Shown piece by piece: positions 24,474-36,121 of a stretch of 64,000 nt of DNA. The position numbers and the translations under genes are program-made. The notes under the pieces were generated by a model. That model was not told where the DNA came from and did not search any database. It saw nothing but the letters and a program-made list of their open reading frames with translations. The DNA lies in NCBI GenBank assembly GCA_964016885.1, contig OZ024741.1, forward strand, positions 252,774,001 to 252,838,000. The letters are read 5' to 3'. Source of the DNA: Eledone cirrhosa. Lineage: Eukaryota. How positions within the stretch are numbered: the first letter of the stretch is position 1; the number at the start of each line of letters is the position of its first letter.

Positions 24474-24832
24474 TTTTCTTTATTAACCACAAGGGTTCAC
24501 ATAAAGTAGACATTAAGGACAGTACAGGACAATACAGGACGGTGCAAATGGGCATTTCTGCGTGTAAAATAATAATAATAATGATTTCTTTATTAACCAC
24601 AAGGGTTTACATAAAGTAGACATTAAGGACAGTGCAGGACAATGCAGGACGGTACAAATGGGCATTTCTGCGTGTAAAAAACAAAAACAGAGGATGTAAC
24701 AAAAAATAACAATGAAAAATTCCCCAATAGGGGGGAGACTTCGGAGGGACATTTGCTGAGAAAGCCCAGTAAAAGGCCACAGTGGCCCTGACCATCAAGG
24801 CAAGTGCCCTCTCCCAGTTTTCCACCTTTAAT

Positions 24833-27286
24833 TTACAGATATATACTCAGAGTAGGTCCATTCACTCGGGCCATTCTTGCTTCTCTCACCCATCTTTCAA
24901 CAAAATGCTGGGAAGAGAGCACTTCCCTCTCTACTCTGATTTTCCTTTTCAAATGAAATTTGAAAAAGTCAATCAGGGCATCACAGAAGAGGTAAGTGCT
25001 CGTCTTCAGCCCTTTCAAACGTGTCCACCATACTATCTCTTTCGCCATGGCCACCAGACAGATAAAAACTGCCTGCCATTCCCGGCTAAAGGAGGAGGGC
25101 GGGGCAATCCTCACGATGGACTCAGATGATAGCCGGATCCGTCCTACACGCGACAGCAGGTGTTCGACATAAACCCACAAGTCAGCAATTTTCGTACACT
25201 GGACGAGTGCGTGCAGGACGGTTTCGTTGCCCTGCGCGCATCTCGGACATGCCCGGCTGACGGCACCTTCATGCCTGTAGAGTTTATCCCGAACTGGCAA
25301 GGCTCCTCGGTAGCACTGCCAGGCCAGAGATTTCTGGAAGTTGTCCATAGGCCCTGGCCCGAAAGTTCTTCCGAAGAGATTGGCTAGTTGATTTTCGTCG
25401 ACGCCTAGAGTTTCCCCAAGTGTGTCGTCGCTCTTCCCCTCCACTAATCCTCTATAGAACGCCGAGGTGGAGTTTCCACCGATCACATTGCCCGATTGGT
25501 CGAGGGCTGTGAGCGCCTGAAGACATTCCAGTCTCCAGGCGCTCCCTCTCGGTCTTCGCTTGACCCAGGACTGCAGCTCCGTCAAGGAAACGAGCTGGGG
25601 AAATACGTGTCTAGCAAACGGCGACCACACCTGATCACCGTCGAGGAAGAGGTGGAGATGTCGTAGCCTGAGCGCGTGCCTGCGCATCATCAGCCACGGC
25701 ATGCCCAGCCCTCCACGTAGCGGGTGTTGACAACAGATGGACCGCCTGACCATCGGAGCGCGTCCCTTCCACAAAAAGCGAAAGAGCAAACGCTCCAGCG
25801 CAGTCAGGCGAGGCTTAGGACAAGGTACGACGGTCAGGCGGTAGCAGATGACAGACGCGATGTACGCGTTAGCCACCTCCGCTCGACCTTTCAGGGATAG
25901 CTTCCTCTCCGCCCATTTCTGGGTGAGAGAAGCCACCCTGCTCGTCACCTCGTCCCAGTTTTTGTCCGTCTGGAGATCCGGACCGAACCAGACCCCTAGC
26001 AATTTAACCGGTCCGTCTGTCCAGCGTCCGACGACACTGTTGGACGGCATGGACCTGCCTCTCCAGGTGCCGAGCTGCAGGCCAACTGACTTTTCCTGGT
26101 TGATCATTGCTCCTGTCACCGCTTCGTATTCTCTTAGTGTAGTGCCGATCGCCTCGATGAGTTTGGCGTTCGACACCACTACGGTGACATCGTCCGCATA
26201 TGCTGACACGGATCTTCCGCATCCTAGTTCGCGCGGGACGCCCCTCAACGTCTCCAGTTTGTGCAGTAATGGCTCGAGAGTCAATACGTATAAGAGGGAC
26301 GAGAGGGGACATCCTTGGCGGACCGAGCGCATGATGTTGAACGGTTCCGAAAGGTAACCGTTCACTCTCACCACAGAGCAGATGTCGCTGTGCATGGCAG
26401 CGATCCAGCCTCTGAAGACGGGCCCAAAGCCAGCCGCCCTCAGGACTGCCGCTAGGTAACGATGGTCGACCCTATCGAAAGCTTTCGACTGATCTAAATT
26501 GATCAAGGACCCACCCGTGCCAGGTTCCCTAGCTACCCTCTCTACGATGTATCGCATGATGTGGAGGTTGTCGTGGATGGATCTGTCGGGAATGGCGCAT
26601 GTCTGCGCCTCTCCCACCAGACCACCAACGACAAGCGCCAACCTCTTTGCTAGCACCTTGGCCAAAATCTTGAACTCTGTGTTTAGCAGTTATGGGCCTG
26701 AAATTATCTATGTTATCCCCCTTGTTCGGATCCTTTCTCAGCAGTGCCACCGCTCCCCGGCTCACAGAACTGGGAATTCTCCCGTTCTGTTGCCAGTTGC
26801 AGTAGACGTCCGCCAAGAGGCCTCCGAACAAGTCTGGCATCTGTACGTAAAGTTCATAGGGCAGACCATCCAAACCAGGCGATTTACCCCTTGTGCAGCC
26901 AGTCATTGCCTCCCTTACTTCAGCGGCTGTTATCGGCTTTTCGCAACACTCCGCCTCAGTGGCCGAGAGCCGCAGCAGTCCGTCGAGGTAGACACTAAAG
27001 TCCATCCCTCGACCCGGCCCACCGTTTCCCCCGAACAGCTGAGTGAAGTGTCGCTGAAAAGCTTCACACATTTGCCTGGGATCGAGTAGCATGCGCCCGT
27101 CGTGGTCCCCCAAAGACCGGATCGTGGCTTTGTTGCCACGACGCACCTCCGCCACTCGGGCTCATTGAACGGCTTTCGTCCCCTCCTGTCTGAGAGCACG
27201 CACCCTAGCTCTGACAACGCAGCCTTCGTGCTTTGCCTTAAAGAATTGGTCAAGGGCCAATTTCGCCGCAAGCACGTCGGTCGCAA
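24833..27286 (-). pseudogene. Tx1 ORF2 reverse transcriptase region (frameshifted pieces)
   Basis: KSPGLDGLPYE, NFRPIT, LDQSKAFDRV, VRQGCPLS, YADD and CPRC....ET..H....C motifs. Confidence 0.9.
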
Positions 27287-27417
27287 TGCCTTTGCTAAGC
27301 GCCTCGTCTAATTTTCTAACTAGCTCTCCCTCTGCTCTATTTTTCTCTATTGCTAAAGCCTTACTAAACCTAATGGATTCTATTCTAATCGCTCTTTTCA
27401 GAGCGATTAGAATAGAA

Positions 27418-28260
27418 TCACCACTTGTTGTTGACGATGGCCCCCGTCAACGCCTGCTTAACTAGTTCGCTAATCCGGTCTCTGTAGCCCTTGCGCGCTG
27501 GTAAGGACGCGTTTAGCTTCCAGTAGCCGGGTCCTCGTCTATGAAGCCTATCTAAGTCAAGCACACAGATCACGAATTTGTGGTCCGTGTAGCTGACTAT
27601 CTTGAATTGTGGACAGCCTATGCTAGACCTATCTATTTCCCTACAAAATACTCTATCTAGATATGATCTGGATGACCCTATGCGATTTGTCCAAGTCCAC
27701 ATTGGCACATTCGGGAAATCCAATCGGTACCTGTCAGACAGTTCAAAACGCCTGAGCAGGTTGGTGAGGCTCTTGCACCCTCCACCCCTATCCGCTAATC
27801 CCACATAGTCCCAGCGTGCATCTAAGATCCCGTTCCAGTCGCCCACTAACACTAAAGAGCGGGACATTCCAAGAAAGGTCTCCAGATGCCGGAAGAATTC
27901 AGGCCGCCCTGCTCCTGTCGGGGCATAGACGGCCACTAGCCTGAAAGCCTGCCCGTCTCCGCTGGTCACGTCCAGCACCACCAACTTACCCTCTGGGTCC
28001 AGGAAGATGGCCCGTATGGCGAGATCCAAACCTCTCCGAAAAAGCACAGCAACTCCTCCCCCCGATCCAGGACGGCTGGGAGATGCGTACACATCGTAGC
28101 CACCGAAGATCGATGCGAAGGCCCGTGCTTCGGAGATTCTGGTCTCGCTGATGGCCACTACATCTATGTTTAGTGACCTGAGGTCGTTGAGCAGGTGACC
28201 CTGCTTCCATGACGACCCCAAGCCACGCGCATTTATGCTGCCTATTCTGAGTGAGGTCAT
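27418..28260 (-). CDS. Tx1 ORF2 APE endonuclease domain
   Basis: SINARGL, ISET, GGGVAVL, VYAP, GDWN, SYLDR and YTDH motifs. Confidence 0.9.
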   Translation of the reverse strand: MTSLRIGSINARGLGSSWKQGHLLNDLRSLNIDVVAISETRISEARAFASIFGGYDVYASPSRPGSGGGVAVLFRRGLDLAIRAIFLDPEGKLVVLDVTSGDGQAFRLVAVYAPTGAGRPEFFRHLETFLGMSRSLVLVGDWNGILDARWDYVGLADRGGGCKSLTNLLRRFELSDRYRLDFPNVPMWTWTNRIGSSRSYLDRVFCREIDRSSIGCPQFKIVSYTDHKFVICVLDLDRLHRRGPGYWKLNASLPARKGYRDRISELVKQALTGAIVNNKW

Positions 28261-28261
28261 G

Positions 28262-30420
28262 TTTAAAATAGAGTGGAAAAGATGGGAAAGACCACTTACC
28301 GTACTTTTCGTAGAGGAGGGATGGTTTTTCCATCCCTTTTCACTTGATCGTCTGGTGAAGGGACCGTTGAATCGTCCCTTCGGCTGGTCGTCGGCTCGTC
28401 TATGAGTATGTCCGAATATACTCTTCGGTTGAGTGTCCCTCCTAGGTCTCTGAAATCACCAACTGCGTTGGGGAATTTCGTTTTAATGTTTGTGTATTGT
28501 TTCTGTGCTATTTTTAGCAGTCTTATGTTAGTTGGCGTTTTGATTCGTGCTGGTATTATGTAGTCGTGTTGTGAAATGTCTGTGTGTTCAATTATGTAAG
28601 TCATTAGTTTCTTGTTGTGTGTATTTATTGCCGTGCATTTGTTTTTCTGGGGGTGGGGTGTGGTCTGCTATTTTCTTGTCGTTGTTGCTGGGTGTGTGTG
28701 TTTTGTTGTTGTTTTTGCGATGTTGGTGCTTGTGGTGGTGGTGTTGAAGGTGTTGTTGGCGGTGGGGTTGTCGCCGGTGGTGATGGTGGTGCTAGTGTGG
28801 GTGGTGATGGTGTTGGTGGTGTTGCTGCTGTGAGTCTCTTTGCAGTAGCCTTTACCCTTTTTTCATTTCTTTCCTCCCTTTTCAAAGGCGACGATGCGCT
28901 GCTTCTGCGTTTGTGCCTTCTTACGACCTTTTGCCATCCCTCTCCCACCTCACACTCCATGTCTGATTCTGTGAGGTCGGGGAGGGGTACCAGCTCCACT
29001 CTTTCACTTGTTGTTGTTGGTGATGTTTGCACTGGAGTCTCTGTTGCAGCTGCATTTGGTATTGCTGTTGTTGTTGTTAATACTTCCACTGCTGCTGCTG
29101 TTTTTGATTTCCGTGGCGTGGGTATGGGTGCCACGGACCTATCGTTCCTGGTTGCCGCTTGTCCTGTTGCTGGTAGCCGTGGAGCCGGTTTCGGAAGGAG
29201 GGGGGTTTTCTCCTTTCTCAGGGTCTTCTCGTTGCAGAAGGCCCTGAGGTGAGTCTTCGATCCACAGCGAAAGCATTTCGGGCGTTTGCCCTCAACACTT
29301 ATGGGCAGTTGAGTGCCGTTATCGAAGTCTATCACATCCAGGATAGCTTCGATGTACTCCTGGTTGGTTTGGATTAACATCTCAATGGAGGTGCCGACCC
29401 AATCTTCTCTTACTTTTTTCTGTACTTGCAGTACAGTTGTTTTGTCCTCGATTCCGACGAGGACAGACGCGGCCAGCCAAGAAGGGGCCATCCCGGGACG
29501 GGGACGAGGGTCAGTTTGACCCTCACAATTTTTTGCCCGCAGTAGGAGGGCACCAACACCATTTCCTCGCTCCTTAGGGTCACTAAGGATTGAGCCTTTG
29601 CCTCCTGGGGTGTGGCAAAAACTACGTCTACGGTGGCATATTTCTTACCTCGGGTGATGTGCGTTTTCCGCTGCCACACAGACCCCCAAGGCTTTTTGTA
29701 TTTGGGCCTCTGTGGCTCTTTCCACCCTACGGGATTTTGTGCTTACTGTACGGTACGTGACCGTACAGTGCTGTTGGGTTTCGAAAAATGTTTCCGCTGC
29801 CTTGCAGATTGCTCGGTGTCCAGTTTTTGTCACCATCTTCTTCGCTTCCTCTAATTCCTCATTTGTTATGAGGATGGTTTCCAGGTTCTTTGCGATACCT
29901 GCAAACGAGATTGGTTTTTCTTTGATGCTGTTGTTGTTGTTGTCGTCAGAGCTGCTGTTACTTTTGTTGTTGCTGCAGGTACTACGACTACTGCCGCCGC
30001 CGCTGTTGCTGTGGTTGTTGTTGTTGTTGCTGCTGCTGCTGCTGTTGTTGTTGCTGCTAATGCTGTTGTTGTTTATGCTGCTGCTGATGCTGTTGCGGCT
30101 GCTACTGTTGGTTTCCTTGTCACTGTTGTTGCTGCTGCTGTTATTACGGCTGCTACTGCTATTATTCCTGACGTCAGACAAATGAAATGGGTTTTCGTAT
30201 TTCCCGCACACCTTTTTCGTCGTTGTCGTGGAGAAATCTTGCTCGCTTTGCACGTGATTTTTCTTTTCTGGCGTCGCTTGCGAAAGAGAAGGGAGGGAGA
30301 GAGACACATTTAGAGAAGGGAGGGAGAGAGACAATCTTCTCTCTGCTGTAGTGACGATTGAGGAAGAAGAAGACGGAATGAGTGGGAGTGACCTATGAAA
30401 ATTCTTTTTCGTAGCCATGT
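28262..30420 (-). pseudogene. Tx1 ORF1 (gag-like), frameshifted
   Basis: CFRCGSKTHLRAFC CCHC knuckle, SFA motif, WQKV.RR motif, and Ser/Asn- and Pro/Thr-rich segments across ORFs 29645-30451, 29410-29679, 28625-29491 and 28296-28604. Confidence 0.75.
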
Positions 30421-30634
30421 TGTTTTTTTGTTTAAAATAAATATTGGGCACAAAACCCCAATAGGCGGTTATTTAACCCCGAAGGGCCAAATAACGGGCA
30501 GAAAGACCCCTCTCACGAGGAGGAGGGTGTTTTTGTCTACAAGTTGGTTAAAGTTTTAAACAATTTACAATTGTTATAGCGGTCAAAATTTACAATACCT
30601 TACAGAGCCGAGCCTCCGTCAACCATAGCATTCA

Positions 30635-31026
30635 ATAATAATAATAATAATAAATTTGAAGACTAAAATCCAAAGAGGGCTCGATAAGGATAAATATATA
30701 TCAAATATAAGAACCGTAGAGCAAATATTTATTAAAATAACAGATTAAAGTTTAAGCAAAGAATCGCTGCTTTCACCCTTAACCAAAGTATCGTCTTCCT
30801 GCCTTCCTCCGGTTGCAACGTTTTTTGAAATATCCACTTCTTCGTTTACAGATTGACTTTGTCAGTTTCAGAAGATCCCGTTAAGGGTGAAAGCAGCGAT
30901 TCTTTGCTTAAACTTTAATCTGTTATTTTAATAAATATTCGCTCTACGGTTCTTATATATTTGATATATATTTATCCTTATCGAGCCCTCTTTGGATTTT
31001 AGTCTTCAAATTTATTATTATTACTA
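30635..31026. mobile_element. Family A palindromic HHR cassette
   Basis: Arms 30640-30783 and 30880-31025. Plus 30864-30914 reads agttt-CAGAAGA-tccc(gttaa)gggt-GAA-AGCAG(cgattct)TTGCT-T-aaact. Confidence 0.8.
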
Positions 31027-31324
31027 TATATATATATATATAGTTACAAAAAGGAAATATATATATATAGTTACAAGGAGGAAATAAATATATATATAAT
31101 TTCCTTTTTGTAACTACTGGTGGAGCCGTCAGGGGTGCCGCTAAGGCGCACGGAATTTCTTGGACATTTCAAGCCTGGTAGAGCCATCTCTCTGCAGGTT
31201 TGAACATAGCAGATTTCTTTCAATATGTACAAACATACACATGGTTATTTGTCACTGATATAGAGAGACATTTCAATGGAAAGATAGCTATAGTTATCTA
31301 TTCAGAAAAGGGTATATTTATAAA

Positions 31325-31900
31325 ATAACCTTTACATACCTAGCAAAGTGTAGATTCCTAGTATAGTAATTTAAAATAAGACAGCTTCACCATTAATCTC
31401 ACACATACCACGGTTTCAATTGTCAAGAAGCAACATTGAACATTTGAATACATAAATATTTACATCGTCTGTGATATACAAATATTCACTTGGTTGGCTG
31501 ATCTATGCATGCATGTAATTTTTACACCAAGCAGGATCGGTAAGGATTTATTCCTTTTGAATTGGCAGTATCAGTAGAGGGTCGGACGCCATGCTTTGCA
31601 GCATAGAGTTACGCCCCTTTATGATCTGAGTTCAAATTCCGCCGAGGTTAGCTTTTGCCTTTCATCCTTATGGGGTCGATAAAATAAAGAACCAGTAATA
31701 CACTAAGATAATTGCTGGCCTTGTACCAAAAGTAGAAACAATTATTTCATACTTTCAAAGAAGCCTATTGAAGAAATTGCATTCTTCGGCATTGTATTGA
31801 AATGCTGATTCTTGACAATTGAAATTGCAGTGAGGGCCAGATTAATGGTGAAGCTGTCTTATTTTAGGTTACTTTATTAGGAATTTAACCATCGCTAACT
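31325..31900. repeat. Diverged inverted repeat enclosing a SINE family 1 copy (31560-31746)
   Basis: taaaataagacagcttcaccattaatct versus agattaatggtgaagctgtcttattttag; the SINE has A and B boxes. Confidence 0.6.
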
Positions 31901-31949
31901 TTGAACTAGTTACCCCCCCCCCCCCCTCTCGCTCTCTCTCTATATATAT

Positions 31950-32086
31950 ACAAATAAAATTCTGTAATAACGAATACCATTATAACGCATTTTTCAGTAT
32001 AACGAAATTATTTTCAGTTCCCGAAGTAATCACAAACAAACGCTTGCTTTGTTTCGGTCGATCTCATTATAACGGAATTTCACTGT
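31950..32086. mobile_element. Tc1/pogo-type MITE
   Basis: Imperfect TIRs caaataaaattctgtaataacga and tcattataacggaatttcactg in a TA-rich context. Confidence 0.55.
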
Positions 32087-32789
32087 GTATATATATATGT
32101 GTGTGTGTGTGTATGTGTGTGTGGAATTAGGATTTAGCTTCGAACATAGCTGTATACAAATACGTATTTGAATTTCGTATTTCTAAAGAAATACGGTACA
32201 CAAATAAATAAACAATCATCACCAACATTTTTACATCCCCTTTCTTATGCTTGTCTGAGTTTGATGAGTCCCCACTTGTCTCATTTCATTGTCATCTGCT
32301 GCTGCATGGTGCAATATCCTGACATCAGCTTTCTCCGATATATAAACATAAAAGAAGTAAGACATAGTTGGTAAGAAAAGAAACTCAGGGGTAGTGTAAA
32401 TAAACACATAAAACGAGGGAACAAAACAGAAAACAATATAATCATGCAGATCTCCATCTTAAGATTTCCATCGGATATCATTCTGTGTGTGTCAAATGTA
32501 CGATGTTTTCCGATAGACAGCTGGAGATGGGAATCTCCACATTGACATTGTTTTGTTTTTCATTTCTTTATTTTATTCTGTTTCTTGTCACCCCTCCACT
32601 GTACCCTGTACTATTTTACCTGTTATATGTGATTGCTTTCATATATATATATAATATCATTAATGCTAGACTAATGAGTATTGACTTCATCAGTGATGAT
32701 CAAGGCAATGAATGACACAGCTTGACACCAGTTACAGCACAACTCATTACAGCTGAATAAACTGGAGCAACGTGAAATAAAGTCTCTTG

Positions 32790-33578
32790 CTTAAATAATC
32801 AAGCAGTATATACTGAACACCAAATAATCATTTTACCATCTCGCAGATGATCCTAGCTTACCATTTTGAACTCACCATTTGAAGTTTGGTATTCGGTATG
32901 AACTATTTGATTATTTCATTGTTAAACTGTTTCTACTGTTCATTTCTAGTTAATATGTTCTTACATTTATCTGTGATTTAACTCCTGTGTATTATTTGAT
33001 ATATTCCTAAATATGTCATTCACAATTCAATTTAAATTATTAATAACTTGGAATCTATTCTAGAGCTTTCATTACAGGTGATATGGCATGTGTCTGTAAT
33101 TCTTCAGACTCAACATTTTTATTTATTTTAGTAATATATATATGATCCTAAATTTTATTTGTTAGAGCTTTTTATTGTTGAATGGTTTTGGGCTGTTATT
33201 TCTAGCTATCCGCATATCTATTCACCTCACACAGGCAAACTGAAGTGGGGTGATAATTCTTAAATCTATGTGTATTTTGGCCAGTCATTTGCTTAGAAGT
33301 GTGAGTTCATCTGGATTAAGTTCTCTTTCACTGATGATCCAAGCTTACAATTGTGAACTTCACCATTCGAATTTGAAACATTGTTCTATTACCATTAAGG
33401 AATTATGTACGAAAGAGTAAAATAGTTATTTGGTATTTAGTATGTACTGTTTGATTATTTTATTGTTAAACTGTTTCTACTGTTCATTTCTAGTTTATAT
33501 GTTCTTACATTTAGCTGTGATTTATCTCCTGTGTATTGTTAGATATATTCCTATACCTGTCATTCACTCTTGAATTTA
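32790..33578. repeat. Local direct duplication (~200 bp)
   Basis: 32900-33030 matches 33440-33575 (tgattattt.attgttaaactgtttctactgt...). Confidence 0.6.
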
Positions 33579-33580
33579 TA

Positions 33581-34628
33581 TCATCATCATCATCATCATC
33601 ACCGTTTTACGTCCGTTCTTCCACGCTAGCATGGGTTATGCGGGTTGTCCTGTTGTGGCAAGTATCTGGTCGGCTGACCATGCCTTGCTCATACAGGAAC
33701 TGATTTTGGCTTGGTTTCTACAGCTGGATGCCCTTCCTAACACCAACCTCATTTACAGTGAGTGCTGGGTGCTTTTTTTCCATGGCGCCTACACGTCCAC
33801 TTTACAGTGTGGGCTGGGTGCTTTTTTGCCGTAGCACCTCCATGACCACTTTGCAGTGGGAGGGTGTGTGGCATATTGTCTATATGCTTCAGCTTGTACC
33901 CATGGGAGGTCGAGTACTCTGTATTACGGCGTGACGCCAGAGGTCACGGCCGTGTGTCATCGCCTTTGAGAGGTGTAATTGGGTAAGGTCGGCTTTTATT
34001 ACCTCATCCCAGGTCTTCTTGGGTCTCCCCACTCCGCGGTTTCCATTGACTTCTAGTGCCCTGCACCTTTTTATGCAGCTGTCATCCTTCATACGCATCA
34101 CATGTCCATACCAACGCAACCACCTCTCCTGCACACACCATTTGATTCCTCTTACACTCAGTCTCTCTCTCAATTCATTTATGCTTTGCCGTTCATGTAT
34201 ATTACTATTTCACATCCATCGGAGCATGCAGGCTTCGTTTCTTTCTAATCTATGTAAGTCTTCTACAGACAACGCCCAGGTCTCACTACCATGTAACATT
34301 GCTGTTTGTATACACGCATCATACAGTCTGCCTTTCATTTTGAGGGAAAAGCCTTTTGCAGCTAGCAGTGCCAGTAGTTCCCTGAACTTCTTGCATCCCG
34401 TTCTTACCCTAGTTATTGTACTTTCTGAACACCCACCTCCGCTGCTAATTCGGTCACCTAGGTAGCAGAAGCTGTCTACTGTTTCTACAGAGCCCTCCCA
34501 GAGATTGGTGGTGCTTGTTTCCTGTGGCTGTTTGCTGCTTGTTGTCCCAGCACAGCTGCTGCATGTGAAGCCTACATTCTTAATTAAGCTTCCTGAGATC
34601 CCGCTACATCTCTTGTGTACCCATTGTT
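33581..34628 (-). mobile_element. RTE LINE 3' portion
   Basis: Closely similar to the reverse complement of 46425-47466; RWYGHVMR and GRPKKTW motifs; (GAT)n tail. Confidence 0.9.
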
Positions 34629-35134
34629 TGCATTTGATATATGTGTGTGTGTGTGTGTTGCATGGTCGGGTCGTTGGTGACTAAACCGGCAACCCCACCA
34701 AGTTTACTTGGTGAGGAGGGTGATTTTGGACACCCTGCAGGACAAAAAACAAAACCTGACAAAGAGCGGAAGAACTCATAAGAGTCAATGGCCATCTAGG
34801 AAAAAAAAAAAAATCCTGCCAAATCAATGGGTCTCAGTAGTTCCAGCTGCACGCATCGAAAGACTGGTGTAGTGGTTCTGAGAACAATGCGGCTTTGCAG
34901 ATGATCAATGCAAATTGACAATGGAAAGGCACTCCCGCTTGAGTTAGAAGAGAAGTATTGACCTTCAGGAGAAGCAGAGATCCCTGATTGTATTCAGCAA
35001 CCGAAACAAATATGAAGTACACCAAATCCAGTGCTCCTAGGGGCGGCTCTGGTTCTTCTTATTTGTAAGTGTAAACTCGGCCAGATTAGATTAGATTATA
35101 TATATATATATTGTGGATTATATATATATACATT

Positions 35135-35320
35135 GGTGGATTGGCAGTATCGGTAGAGGGTCGGACGCCATGCTTTCCAGCATAGTTACGTCCCTTTACG
35201 ATCTGAGTTCAAATCCCGCCGAGGTTGACTTTGCCTTTCATCCTTACGGCGTCGATAAAATAAAGTACCAGTAATGCACTGGGTAATTGCTGGCCTTGTG
35301 CCTAAAGTAGAAACAATTAT
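35135..35320 (+). mobile_element. SINE family 1, full length
   Basis: A box tggcagtatcgg, B box gagttcaaatcc, Meta-like centre and tail; set in (TA)n. Confidence 0.85.
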
Positions 35321-35389
35321 ATATATATATATTCACATGTAGAGTGCATTGTGCAGACATCCTTGAGAGGAAGAGAGAATATGATTGTG

Positions 35390-35765
35390 AAAAAAGTGGC
35401 TGAAATGGAGTTTCTCCGAAAGGTCTTTGGAGTAACATTACTCAATAGAGTGCGTAACTCAGAGATGAGAGAGTCACTCCAGCTAGAGCTGCTACTTCTC
35501 CAAATTGAGAGATCACAGCTCTGATACTATGGGCATCTGGTTTGAATGCCTCAGAAAAAAATCGCTGGACAGGTTTTTCAGGCAAAATCAACCAGCAGGG
35601 GAGCCAGGGGAAGATCCCGAGCAAGAGGATTGGATAACATCCATGAGCTTAGCTCGTTTCTGTTGGGGATCCAGTCGGATCAGTTGGAGAGGGTTGCTTC
35701 CGACAAGACCTACTGGAAGGTGTGTTTGAGGACTCTGCCCCACGACCCTCTCAGGAATAAGTGGG
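35390..35765 (+). pseudogene. Old RTE-clade C-terminal fragment from a different family
   Basis: Reads AEMEFLRKVFGVTLLNRVRNSEMRESL...IERSQL*YYGHL. Confidence 0.65.
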
Positions 35766-36121
35766 TGAAGAAACCTCCGAAGTTCCTTTGGACACCCTTG
35801 ATAATGGCTGTGAAATCCAAAATATAGGGACCAATAAATATATTCCAAGGTAACTTCACCTCTGGTTTTCTTACATTTTTCTTCCTCCTTAACCCCTTTC
35901 TTCCTACTGCTACCTGATTTTGTTACCAGGAGATTTATCCATCTTCATTGTAGAGGCTTCCTAAACAACCATTTATATATAAATAAATAAATATATATAT
36001 ATAGTAATAATAATAAATTTGAAGACTAAAATCAAAAGAGGGCTCGATAAGGATAAATATATATCAAATATATAAGAACCTTAATCTGTTATTTTGATAA
36101 ATATATATATATATATATATA

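Larger units (their letters stand above)
24470..30634 (-). mobile_element. Tx1/L1-clade LINE, near full length, with frameshifts
   Basis: ORF1 with a zinc knuckle; ORF2 with APE, RT and a C-terminal Cys motif; AATAAA followed by an (ATT)n tail; (AAT)n at the 5' junction. Confidence 0.9.
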
